Assembly: GCA_965223265.1 (NCBI GenBank)
Contig: OZ244999.1
Coordinates: forward strand, 896,001-960,000
Length of the DNA stretch: 64,000 bases
Direction of reading: 5' to 3'
DNA from: Planctomycetota bacterium
GTDB taxonomy: Bacteria; Planctomycetota; UBA8108; SXIK01
The notes beneath the pieces were generated by a model that saw nothing but the letters and a program-made list of their open reading frames with translations, made no database searches and was not told where the DNA came from. Each line of letters opens with the position of its first letter. The stretch's first letter is position 1. This document shows positions 10,191 to 17,813 of the stretch, in pieces. Made by a program: the position numbers and the translations under genes.

Positions 10191-10357
10191 CTCTTCACTC
10201 CTAAAAAAGACTATGGTACACGAGGACGGCCCATAGTTTCTGAGACGGAGACGGAAGGCAGAGACAGAGGCCACGCCCACGCACACCGATTGAGCTGAAC
10301 GTAGAGAAGAGCTCTGCTGCCCCGGGCGTGCGTGCGGCGGCGGTTTTGTCGATCGTA

Positions 10358-10468
10358 ACCGAACGAGAGACGGCCTCAAGGGTGCCCTCGCTGCGCTCGG
10401 CGCTTCGCGCCTTCTGAGAGTGACCGCGCCCCGTCTCTCGTTCGGTCGGCGGCAGTGAAACGCCGCCG
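10358..10468 (+). other. structured leader: perfect 16-bp inverted repeat plus a second hairpin, upstream of the four-helix-bundle gene
   Basis: accgaacgagagacgg (10358-10373) / ccgtctctcgttcggt (10431-10446); cggcggc...gccgccg (10447-10468). Confidence 0.7.
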
Positions 10469-10514
10469 CGTCGGGCGTCGGCGACAGGTCACTCAGCCGT
10501 TACCGGAGTCACAC

Positions 10515-10837
10515 ATGGGCTTTCTTGCTCTGGATCACACTTTTGGCATTGTTCGTCAGCTGCGTCCCCTTGTCTCGAGCATCCGTCGTCACGACTCAAA
10601 GCTTGCCGCTCAGCTGCGCGATGCCGGTTCGTCTGTGGCACTCAACCTTGGCGAGGCAATCGGCGTCAAGGTCGTGACCGCGGACACCTTTGGCGCATTG
10701 CTTCGGGTAGCGCCGAAGAGGTGCGCACGGCGCTCAAGGTTGCCGCAGCGTGGGGCTATATCGATGCATCGCAGATCGACGCGGTACTTGCGGACATCGA
10801 TGCGCTGCAGGCGATGCTTTGGAAGCTGATTCGCTAA
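10515..10837 (+). pseudogene. four-helix-bundle (23S-IVS/Avd-like) protein with a 1-nt frameshift
   Basis: MGFLALDHT...LAAQLRDAGSSVALNLGE, then in a shifted frame NRRQGRDRGHLWRIASGSAEEVRTAL...AMLWKLIR*. One extra base at ~10655 restores the family pattern QLxxAxxSxxxNxxEG...AxGSxxE. Confidence 0.8.
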
Positions 10838-10867
10838 CGTGGCCTCGGCTCGCTGCGCTATTCGGTG

Positions 10868-10950
10868 CGGCGGGTTTGATAAGGAGGCAGAGTCGGATAC
10901 AGATCCGGAGTCAGGTGCAGACTCAGCGGCACCCCACGCACACACCGCAT
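10868..10950. repeat. second degenerate hexamer tract, related to 8511-8586 + 10242-10290
   Basis: cggcggg...ggaggcagagtcggatacagatccggagtcaggtgcagactca...cccacgcacac shares start, middle and end motifs with the left tract. Confidence 0.7.
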
Positions 10951-11031
10951 CACCGGTCGCCCGGCGCTCAGCTCGCAACCGTCTGCGCGAACCCTGGGCG
11001 CTTCACGGTGAGCCTTGGCGGCAAGAGCAGC

Positions 11032-12642
11032 CTAAAAGCCCGTGCCGTCCTGCGTGCGTCGGAAGCGGTAGTAGACCTCGAGCGTCATGGCGCCAATCGC
11101 CGTGGAGTAGACGCGGCCCCCTGCGATGCCCCACTCGCCGATGGGGTCCCAGCTGCCGTCTTCGTCGCCGCCAACGCGCTGCGACTCGAGGAGGGCTTGC
11201 TGCATTTTTGGGTTCCATTCCGCCCACGGTTTGCCGCCGTACTGAAAGAGCGCGTAGGAGGCATAGTACCAGTAGTACAGGTTGATCGTCGAAAGCACGC
11301 GCCCCTTCTGTTCGCGCCACTCGGGTGGGTGACGCATGAGCACGCTGACGCCGCCTTTGATCGCTGCGTCCTTTCGCGTCTCACCAGCGAAGAGGCGGCA
11401 AAGTACGGCTACGGCTGTCATGCACGACGGTTCCTTCGAGTACGGGTACGGTTCGCCGAAGTCATCGAGCTTCGACCCCGGGTCGCCGGGGTCCTGATAG
11501 CCTGTGCGCCCTCTGGTGTTGGTGGCCGCGCGGAACCATTCGAGTGCACCGGAAAAGGCCCGGTCATACTCTTCCGTTTCGATGTCCAGCTTGTAGTTCT
11601 TTGCGGTCTTCAGAGCTAGAACCATCCAACCGGTGACGGAGGTGTCGTTGTCGCCGTCGGCGATGCCGTAGCGCCAACCAAGAGTGTCGTTGCGAGCGCG
11701 CAAGATCAACTTGACGGCGTCTTCCACCGAGTTCTTGAGGAGAAAGTCGTCAGACATGACGAGAAGCTCGGCCATCGCCATGGTTGCAATGGCGTGGTTG
11801 TAGATCCAGTGCTCGTCATTGCTTGGACCTAGCTGGCCGTAACGGCCATTGGAGTCGACGTCGGAGCTCTGTACTTGCTGCTTTTTCATGTAGTTCATGG
11901 CGCGCCGCAGCACCTGGCGGTACTCGGGAATCTCACCGAATCTGTGGGTGTGGCCATATCCAAGAAAGGCCAGCATGGCGAGACCGGTGACGCCAACATC
12001 GGCGGTCTCCCAGCCGCGGTCGGTGGGGTACCTTTTATGGTTTTTGTTGCGGCTCTCACCGCGTTTCGAGCGTTCGGCGAAATCGGCAGCATGCCAGCCG
12101 CCGTCGGAGCCTTGGTGGCGCATGAGCCACTCGAGTGCCGCGCGCACCGCCTCCTCGGTCGCAACGCTGCCTCCTTCGGCGATGATCGTTCCACGGTGGG
12201 AACGTTCGCCGTAGAGGCTGGCGGCTCCGCCAGTGATTCCGATTGGTGTCGCCAAGTCGTTTGCGCGGTGGACGTTCGTCTGGTTGTCGAGGCTCGTGCC
12301 CTTCGGGATGTCGGGCGTCACCTCGTCTGGTTTGCGCCGCTCCGGCAGCTCCGTGGGTTTCCGACTCAGGATCTCTTGGTTGCGTTTGACGTCTCGTTTT
12401 CTAGTCGGATCGTACTCCGGTACTTTTTGTGGCGGCCGCACCGTGATCGCCGGCGCCGGTGGCTCCTTTTCTTTCTCCGGCAGGAGAATGGCCAGAAGCA
12501 CGAGCACGAGCGCTAAGTGAAGAACTGCCGAGATGGCCCAGTACGGCGTCTCGGTCAGCCAGCGTGGGCGCTCGTAGACGACGTTCTCATCGCCGTCCCA
12601 GTCGTCGAGATCGCGCCGGTGATGATCGGAGACTTGCGGCAT
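11032..12642 (-). CDS. prenyltransferase/squalene-oxidase-repeat protein (membrane anchored)
   Basis: SAVLHLALVLVL anchor; ALEWLMRHQGSDGGW, YNHAIATMAMAE, GWRY, DTSVTGW, YYWYY, GSWDP, GGRVYSTA. Confidence 0.88.
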   Translation of the reverse strand: MPQVSDHHRRDLDDWDGDENVVYERPRWLTETPYWAISAVLHLALVLVLLAILLPEKEKEPPAPAITVRPPQKVPEYDPTRKRDVKRNQEILSRKPTELPERRKPDEVTPDIPKGTSLDNQTNVHRANDLATPIGITGGAASLYGERSHRGTIIAEGGSVATEEAVRAALEWLMRHQGSDGGWHAADFAERSKRGESRNKNHKRYPTDRGWETADVGVTGLAMLAFLGYGHTHRFGEIPEYRQVLRRAMNYMKKQQVQSSDVDSNGRYGQLGPSNDEHWIYNHAIATMAMAELLVMSDDFLLKNSVEDAVKLILRARNDTLGWRYGIADGDNDTSVTGWMVLALKTAKNYKLDIETEEYDRAFSGALEWFRAATNTRGRTGYQDPGDPGSKLDDFGEPYPYSKEPSCMTAVAVLCRLFAGETRKDAAIKGGVSVLMRHPPEWREQKGRVLSTINLYYWYYASYALFQYGGKPWAEWNPKMQQALLESQRVGGDEDGSWDPIGEWGIAGGRVYSTAIGAMTLEVYYRFRRTQDGTGF

Positions 12643-12667
12643 GTTTTTGGACCTCAGCTAACTGGCG

Positions 12668-12961
12668 TCAATTCTGCGAACTTCGTGCTGAGCGGTGAGC
12701 GCCGGTGCGACGCTCGGACGGAGCGTCGCGCGCAACACCGCCTGCCGGCTGCGCTGAGCCGAGCGTGGTACGTGGAGGTGTGAACGGGAACGTTGATGCG
12801 GCCGTCGCCTGTGCGGGTTCGTGCGCTCTTTCCCGGGAGGTTAACTCTGACCGAGAGACTTGCCACCACACGGCGCCGCTCACACCCACCGTGAGCAGGG
12901 AAAAGATGGCGACGAAGACGAAGAAGTACTTCTTTTCGTGGCGGGGCTCTTCTTTGGGCAT
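12668..12961 (-). CDS. small single-TM hypothetical protein
   Basis: One hydrophobic helix YFFVFVAIFSLLTVGVSGAVWW; co-oriented 25 nt upstream of the prenyltransferase-like gene. Confidence 0.55.
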   Translation of the reverse strand: MPKEEPRHEKKYFFVFVAIFSLLTVGVSGAVWWQVSRSELTSRERAHEPAQATAASTFPFTPPRTTLGSAQPAGGVARDAPSERRTGAHRSARSSQN

Positions 12962-13256
12962 GAACTTTCTTCGTGCGAGACGAGCTCTTTGGCGGGGCCG
13001 CAGCGTATTCGAGTTGGGTGCTCTCTGCTACGATCTTCTGTGTTTGGTGCCGGGAGGTTCCGTTCGCTGCGCGCGGTTCACACGGGGCGTGGAAGCGACG
13101 TTGCGTTTGGATCCGTTTGCGCTTGAATGAGACACAATGCAACGACGGTCCCGAAAAGAAGTTCCGAGACCACGCCACCCTCCAAGGATGACGATTATGA
13201 GGGGTGAGGGTTCGGACAGCAAGAAGGAAGGAAAGAGTTCGGTTGAGGTACTGCAT

Positions 13257-14276
13257 ATGACGCGACAGACCCATTCGAGCGATCATCACCGCGTCCGCGT
13301 GGACGCGGGGCGGGGCATCGCCTCGGAGAAGCCCCGCACCGCGGTCGTCATCGTTCACTATGGCGACGCGACACCTCTGAAACTCTGTCTTGCCTCCCTG
13401 CGGCGTTCGCGTGGTGTGGACGTCACCGTTCTGTTGATCGACAACAACGTGCGCTCTGATCGTGCCGCCCAAGCGGCGCTCGCGGCGCGGCAGGCGGGCG
13501 CTGCGTATTACCGTTTTCCCGAAAACCTTGGTTTCGCGGCGGGTGCGAACGCAGGGCTGCGGTTAGCGCGACTATCGGATCCCGACGTCATGGTCGTCGT
13601 CAACTCCGACGTACGTCTTGGGCGAAACTGCCTGGCGACGCTCGCGCGAACCGTTCTCGCGGGCGCCTTCACGGGCATCGCTGGACCGCTCCTCCTTGAT
13701 GCGGCTGCAGTTCGGCGGGTCTGGAACGGCGGCACCTGCGTGGAATGGCCGTCGGCTCGACCACGGAGTCTGAGCGCGGGTGCTTCTTACCGTCGCGTTC
13801 GACCCGACGATCCGGCAGGCGCGGAGGTCGATTTCGTTTGCGGCGCAGTCCTGGCTCTACGGCCTTCTGTTTTCGAACGGCTCGGCGGTTTGGACGAGGA
13901 CTACTTCCTCTACTACGAAGACGCGGATCTCTGTTTTGCGGCGCGACGGGCTGGCCTGCGTGTCGTCGTGCGCTCTGACGCTCGTGCCTGGCACCGCGGT
14001 GGGGCGTCGTTCGACGGCCGTCTGCCGGAGGCCATCTACTACCGAACCCGCAACCGGTTGCTGTTTTCGGCGCGATGGAGTCCGGTGTTGGTGACGGGTT
14101 GGTGGAGTCGGAGCACGACGATCGCACGCGTCCTGGGGCGCGGCGTCGGGAAGATCTTGACCGGCAGAAGGGCGGAAGGTCTGATGTTGTTTGCTGCGAT
14201 TCGGGATTACATCACCGGTCGCCGCGGGCGTGGGCCCTCGCTCGTGTGCGTCGGCGAGGGCGGCCCCGGCACCTGA
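13257..14276 (+). CDS. glycosyltransferase family 2 (rhamnosyltransferase-like)
   Basis: VVIVHY, IDN, NLGFAAGANAG, VNSD, GGLDEDYFLYYEDADLC, RNR motifs. Confidence 0.9.
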   Translation: MTRQTHSSDHHRVRVDAGRGIASEKPRTAVVIVHYGDATPLKLCLASLRRSRGVDVTVLLIDNNVRSDRAAQAALAARQAGAAYYRFPENLGFAAGANAGLRLARLSDPDVMVVVNSDVRLGRNCLATLARTVLAGAFTGIAGPLLLDAAAVRRVWNGGTCVEWPSARPRSLSAGASYRRVRPDDPAGAEVDFVCGAVLALRPSVFERLGGLDEDYFLYYEDADLCFAARRAGLRVVVRSDARAWHRGGASFDGRLPEAIYYRTRNRLLFSARWSPVLVTGWWSRSTTIARVLGRGVGKILTGRRAEGLMLFAAIRDYITGRRGRGPSLVCVGEGGPGT

Positions 14277-14311
14277 GCCGAGAGATCTTTTGAGTCACCC
14301 ACTGGCACGAC

Positions 14312-15136
14312 ATGAAGCAGGACGAGATCTCGAGACCACGCGGCCATGAGGTCGATCTCACGATCGTAGCGCCGGTCTACAACGAGGCGGCGAACATTCG
14401 TGAGCTGTCGCGCCGCGTTCGCGCTGTTCTTGGCGACGTGAGCCGGCGTCTCGGGCTGGTTGGTGAGTTCTTGCTCGTCGACGACGGCAGCACCGACGGA
14501 TCGTGCGCCATGGCCGCCGCGGAGAGTGCCAACGATTCGCGGGTACGCCTCTTGCCGCTCGGGCAGAATCGCGGTCAATTTGCGGCTCTGATGGCGGGAC
14601 TTGCTGCAAGCCGCGGCGAGTACGTGATCACGCTCGACGCCGACCTCCAGAACCCGCCTGAAGAGATTCCGCGCCTACTGGCGGCGATGCGTTCTGGTCA
14701 CGATCTGGTGACAACGATCCGCTCGCGGCGGCGTGATTCGACATTTCGACGTCACGCGTCGCGCCTCTCGAATCGCCTATCGACCTGGATCGCAGGCTGC
14801 TCTGTGCGCGATCACGGGTGCATGCTCTGCGGCTATCACGCAGCACTCGTGGATGTGATGTGTCGGCGGCGCTTTGGACTGCGTTTCATTTCGGCTCTCT
14901 CCCGTCTTCATGCCAAAAACCCTGCTGAGGTCGAAGTCGCGCACGCCGAACGGGCCTGTGGGCGTTCACGCTACACGTTCGGACGATTGGTCAAGCTGCA
15001 GCTCGACGCCGTGGTTTCTTTCGCGCGCATGCGCCGCTTGGCGAGACGGCTCAAGCGCAGCGGAGCCTCGCGGACCGCGGTGCCGTCGTCAATTGAGGCT
15101 GGTGGCGGAGCGGCTGACGCGAAGTTCACCAACTGA
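14312..15136 (+). CDS. GT2 polyprenol-phosphate glycosyltransferase (ArnC/DPM1-like)
   Basis: APVYNEA, VDDGSTDGS, NRGQFAALMAG, TLDADLQNPPEEIP, DHGCML, GRSRY. Confidence 0.88.
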   Translation: MKQDEISRPRGHEVDLTIVAPVYNEAANIRELSRRVRAVLGDVSRRLGLVGEFLLVDDGSTDGSCAMAAAESANDSRVRLLPLGQNRGQFAALMAGLAASRGEYVITLDADLQNPPEEIPRLLAAMRSGHDLVTTIRSRRRDSTFRRHASRLSNRLSTWIAGCSVRDHGCMLCGYHAALVDVMCRRRFGLRFISALSRLHAKNPAEVEVAHAERACGRSRYTFGRLVKLQLDAVVSFARMRRLARRLKRSGASRTAVPSSIEAGGGAADAKFTN

Positions 15137-16094
15137 AAACGGGTTCACCACGGAGCCGCTTGAGACCTTCTATAGCCAGGTTGCGATCGAACTCTACCGC
15201 CGTCGATGCGGCGATCCGTTCAAGCGCCTCGATGGACGCTGGCGTTCGAATGCGGCCGACGGCCCGAATGGCTTGACGCCGTAGCTTCTTGTCGCGCTCG
15301 TCGAGAAGCCTCAGAAGAACTGGCAGCGCGTCGGGATCCGCGATCTCGCCGAGAGCGTGAGTCGCCGCGATGCGAACGTCCACGGCGTGCTCAGGATCTC
15401 GCGCGAACGCCGCGATCTCGGCGACGTGTTGGCGCAGCCGCGTCTGCCCGAGTCCGCGCAGAGCGGCAGAGACGAAATGCGGGGGGGCAAGTGCGTCGCG
15501 TAGAATTCCGACGAAGCCTGGAGCTGCATCGCGGCCGCGCACTCGCGCAAGACGGACAGAGGCGTTGCGAGCGATCTCCGCGTAGCGGTCGCCGAGCACG
15601 TAGAGAGCGTTGACGCCATCCACACCACCGATGCGTTCCAAGGTGCGTGCAACCTGCTGCAGCTGCTCCGTACCTGGAAAACGTTCGACGAACTCTAGGA
15701 GCGGTCGCGTCACTTCGGTACCAGCCGGCGGAGCGATCCCATCGAGTGTCGATGCCCACTGCGGCTGCAACTTACCATCCAGTACGAGTGCTTCGAGCAG
15801 TTCTGCGTTGCGTTCTTTGACGGCGGCGGCCGCCTCGGGGGTGAGTGTGAAGCGGCGAGATCGCCGCGACGAAGTCGTACGGCTCGCCTTCGGTGTAATT
15901 TCGGATGCCGTGAGAGGCGCGCCGTTGTCGCCGTCCGGCGCATTGGTCTCACCCTGCGGCGCGGCGGGTGTTGCGTCCGCTGGAACGATCGTCTCGCCTG
16001 GCTTTGGTCCCTGACTCCGCAGCAGCGCGGCGGCGAAAGTGATCAGGGCCAAACCGGCGTAGACGAAGAGACTGCGATATCTTTGCCAACTCAT
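15126..16094 (-). CDS. HEAT-repeat protein with N-terminal membrane anchor
   Basis: N-terminal hydrophobic helix; VRIAATHALGEI and LRRQAIRAVGRI HEAT/PBS-lyase repeats. Confidence 0.8.
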   Translation of the reverse strand: MSWQRYRSLFVYAGLALITFAAALLRSQGPKPGETIVPADATPAAPQGETNAPDGDNGAPLTASEITPKASRTTSSRRSRRFTLTPEAAAAVKERNAELLEALVLDGKLQPQWASTLDGIAPPAGTEVTRPLLEFVERFPGTEQLQQVARTLERIGGVDGVNALYVLGDRYAEIARNASVRLARVRGRDAAPGFVGILRDALAPPHFVSAALRGLGQTRLRQHVAEIAAFARDPEHAVDVRIAATHALGEIADPDALPVLLRLLDERDKKLRRQAIRAVGRIRTPASIEALERIAASTAVEFDRNLAIEGLKRLRGEPVFSW

Positions 16095-16111
16095 GACGTG
16101 CTTATCTTAAC

Positions 16112-17560
16112 CTCGAGTTTGGCCATGGAATAGGCCGGTAAAGAAAGACACCTCCGCTACCGATAACGAAGTTGCAAAACACTATTATCGGACGGAGGTG
16201 AAGAGTGTCTCCAGTATCGTCGTTTCTGTCCCTCTTGGCCAGCTTTGCTCCACTGATGACGCCGTCGAGTTTTGAGAACTTCCAGTTGCTCGCCGGTGGC
16301 TGGGTCCTGAGCACGCGACGAAGGACGGTTACCGAGCTCATTCAGCGTGTAGGTGTGGTAGAACTGAAAAGCTACTCGACGTTCCATCGATTTTTCAATC
16401 GCGCACAGTGGTCGATCGACGAAGTTGGCCGCTTGGTACTGTCGCTCGCGCTGCGTCTGATTCCACCGGGTGGAGTTGTCCGCCTCGTCGTCGACGACAC
16501 GCTTTGCAAAAAAGGCGGGCAGCACATCTTCGGCAGTGGTATGCACCGTGATGCTTTGGCGTCGACTCGTAAGCTCGCGAGACTGAGCTGGGGCCACAAC
16601 TGGGTGGTCGTCGGCGTGATCGTCGAGTTCCCGTTCGCGCGTGGAATCTCGTGGTGTCTTCCGATCGCGTTTCGACTCTACGTCACCAAGACGAGACCGA
16701 AGAGCCAGCGGTGGCGTGAAGAGACCGTCTATCGCACACGTCCCGAGCTCGCAGTGGAGATGCTCGAGATGATCGCCAAATGGCACCCAAATAGGCGTTT
16801 CCTGCTGGTTGGCGATTCGGCGTATGGCGGTGGTTCGGTGTTGAGAAATCTTCCCGAGCGGTTTCACCTCACCAGCCGCATCGTCATGGATGCCGCGCTC
16901 TTTGCTCCGCCGCCACGGCGCTATGCGGGTACGGGGCGTCCACGGCGAAGAGGAAAGCGTCTGCCGAGTCCTAAACAGATCGCGTCTTCGAGAAGGCCAT
17001 GGAAAAAGCTGAATCTTCGACTCTACGGGGCGAAGCGTCGCGTTCTCGTCAAAGAGACCGAAGGCCTCTGGCTCAAGAGCGACTACCGCCCCATCAAGGT
17101 CGTCGTGGTGCGCGACCCTCGTGGTGTGAACAAAGACGAAGCGTTCTATTCCACCGACACCAAGGCGTCCGCAACGACCATTCTTCAGACCTACTCGCGA
17201 CGATGGAGCATCGAGGTCGCATTCGAAAACGCCAAGGGGCACTTCGGCTTTGAAGATCCACAGAATCGAACCGTCGAAGCCGTGCAACGCACGGCGCCTT
17301 TCGGTGCGTTGTTGTACAGCATGGTGATTCTTTGGTTCAACGCCCACGGTCATAAGAAATGTCGATTCCCAAATCGCCCTTGGTATGAACGTAAGTGCTT
17401 TGCTTCGTTTAAAGATATGGTCGATACGCTACGAGCCGAATCACTCCACGAGCACTTTCGACGCACCCCGGCTTCTGTTCGGGGGCGACAAAAGACCCTT
17501 CAGGCTGCGTTCGCAGCATTGGGGCTCGTTGCATGACCAGAATCCATGGCCAAACTCGAG
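16112..17560 (+). mobile_element. IS701-like (IS4 superfamily) insertion sequence, 1449 bp
   Basis: Perfect 18-bp TIRs ctcgagtttggccatgga (16112-16129) / tccatggccaaactcgag (17543-17560); 5-bp direct repeat TTAAC at 16107-16111 and 17561-17565. Confidence 0.92.
16205..17536 (+). CDS. DDE transposase (IS701-like)
   Basis: VVDDTLCKK, WGHNWVV, VGDSAYG, YSRRWSIEVAFENAKGHFG (D-D-E triad, YREK-like motif). Confidence 0.93.
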   Translation: MSPVSSFLSLLASFAPLMTPSSFENFQLLAGGWVLSTRRRTVTELIQRVGVVELKSYSTFHRFFNRAQWSIDEVGRLVLSLALRLIPPGGVVRLVVDDTLCKKGGQHIFGSGMHRDALASTRKLARLSWGHNWVVVGVIVEFPFARGISWCLPIAFRLYVTKTRPKSQRWREETVYRTRPELAVEMLEMIAKWHPNRRFLLVGDSAYGGGSVLRNLPERFHLTSRIVMDAALFAPPPRRYAGTGRPRRRGKRLPSPKQIASSRRPWKKLNLRLYGAKRRVLVKETEGLWLKSDYRPIKVVVVRDPRGVNKDEAFYSTDTKASATTILQTYSRRWSIEVAFENAKGHFGFEDPQNRTVEAVQRTAPFGALLYSMVILWFNAHGHKKCRFPNRPWYERKCFASFKDMVDTLRAESLHEHFRRTPASVRGRQKTLQAAFAALGLVA

Positions 17561-17564
17561 TTAA

Positions 17565-17724
17565 CAGCCCGTTGAAAAAGTCATTCGGCCGAGAAACCGG
17601 CCTCTTCACGCCCAGATCGACCGCGTCAATACTCGAAAATCTCGGAGATTACCTGCGTTTGCCGCGGCCGATCTGGACGCGAAGAGACCAGTTTTCGGCT
17701 CGAAGCACTTTTTCAGGCAGGCTG
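17565..17724. mobile_element. 160-bp palindromic MITE-like element
   Basis: Ends cagcccgttgaaaaagt / actttttcaggcaggctg, TTAA on both sides (17561-17564, 17725-17728); arms 17565-17629 and 17659-17724 are imperfect reverse complements. Confidence 0.75.
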
Positions 17725-17813
17725 TTAACGTCTGAGCGGTCTCAAGGCGTACGCCTAACCGATAGAGATAGTCTATGCAGCGTTTCCGCGGAGCGATCAC
17801 TCAGCTCAGTCCG

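Larger units (their letters stand above)
8582..10246 (-). mobile_element. IS110-family (IS1111-like) insertion sequence
   Basis: GAGAC at both junctions (8582-8586, 10242-10246); sub-terminal inverted repeats ctatggtccg (8589-8598) and cggcccatag (10227-10236), 9/10 match; short upstream end, long non-coding end downstream of the transposase. Confidence 0.8.

Noticed and set aside
8569-10266. 19-bp direct repeat gagacggaaggcagagaca (8569-8587, 10248-10266) as a target-site duplication
   Set aside because: IS110 elements do not make TSDs, and the right copy is offset from the junction; better explained as repeat units of the pre-existing tract.
10515-10837. Diversity-generating retroelement (Avd-like gene)
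   Set aside because: No reverse transcriptase and no TR/VR pair differing at adenines was seen in the window.
16157-17353. 398-aa minus-strand ORF
   Set aside because: Antisense shadow of the IS701-like transposase; no motifs.
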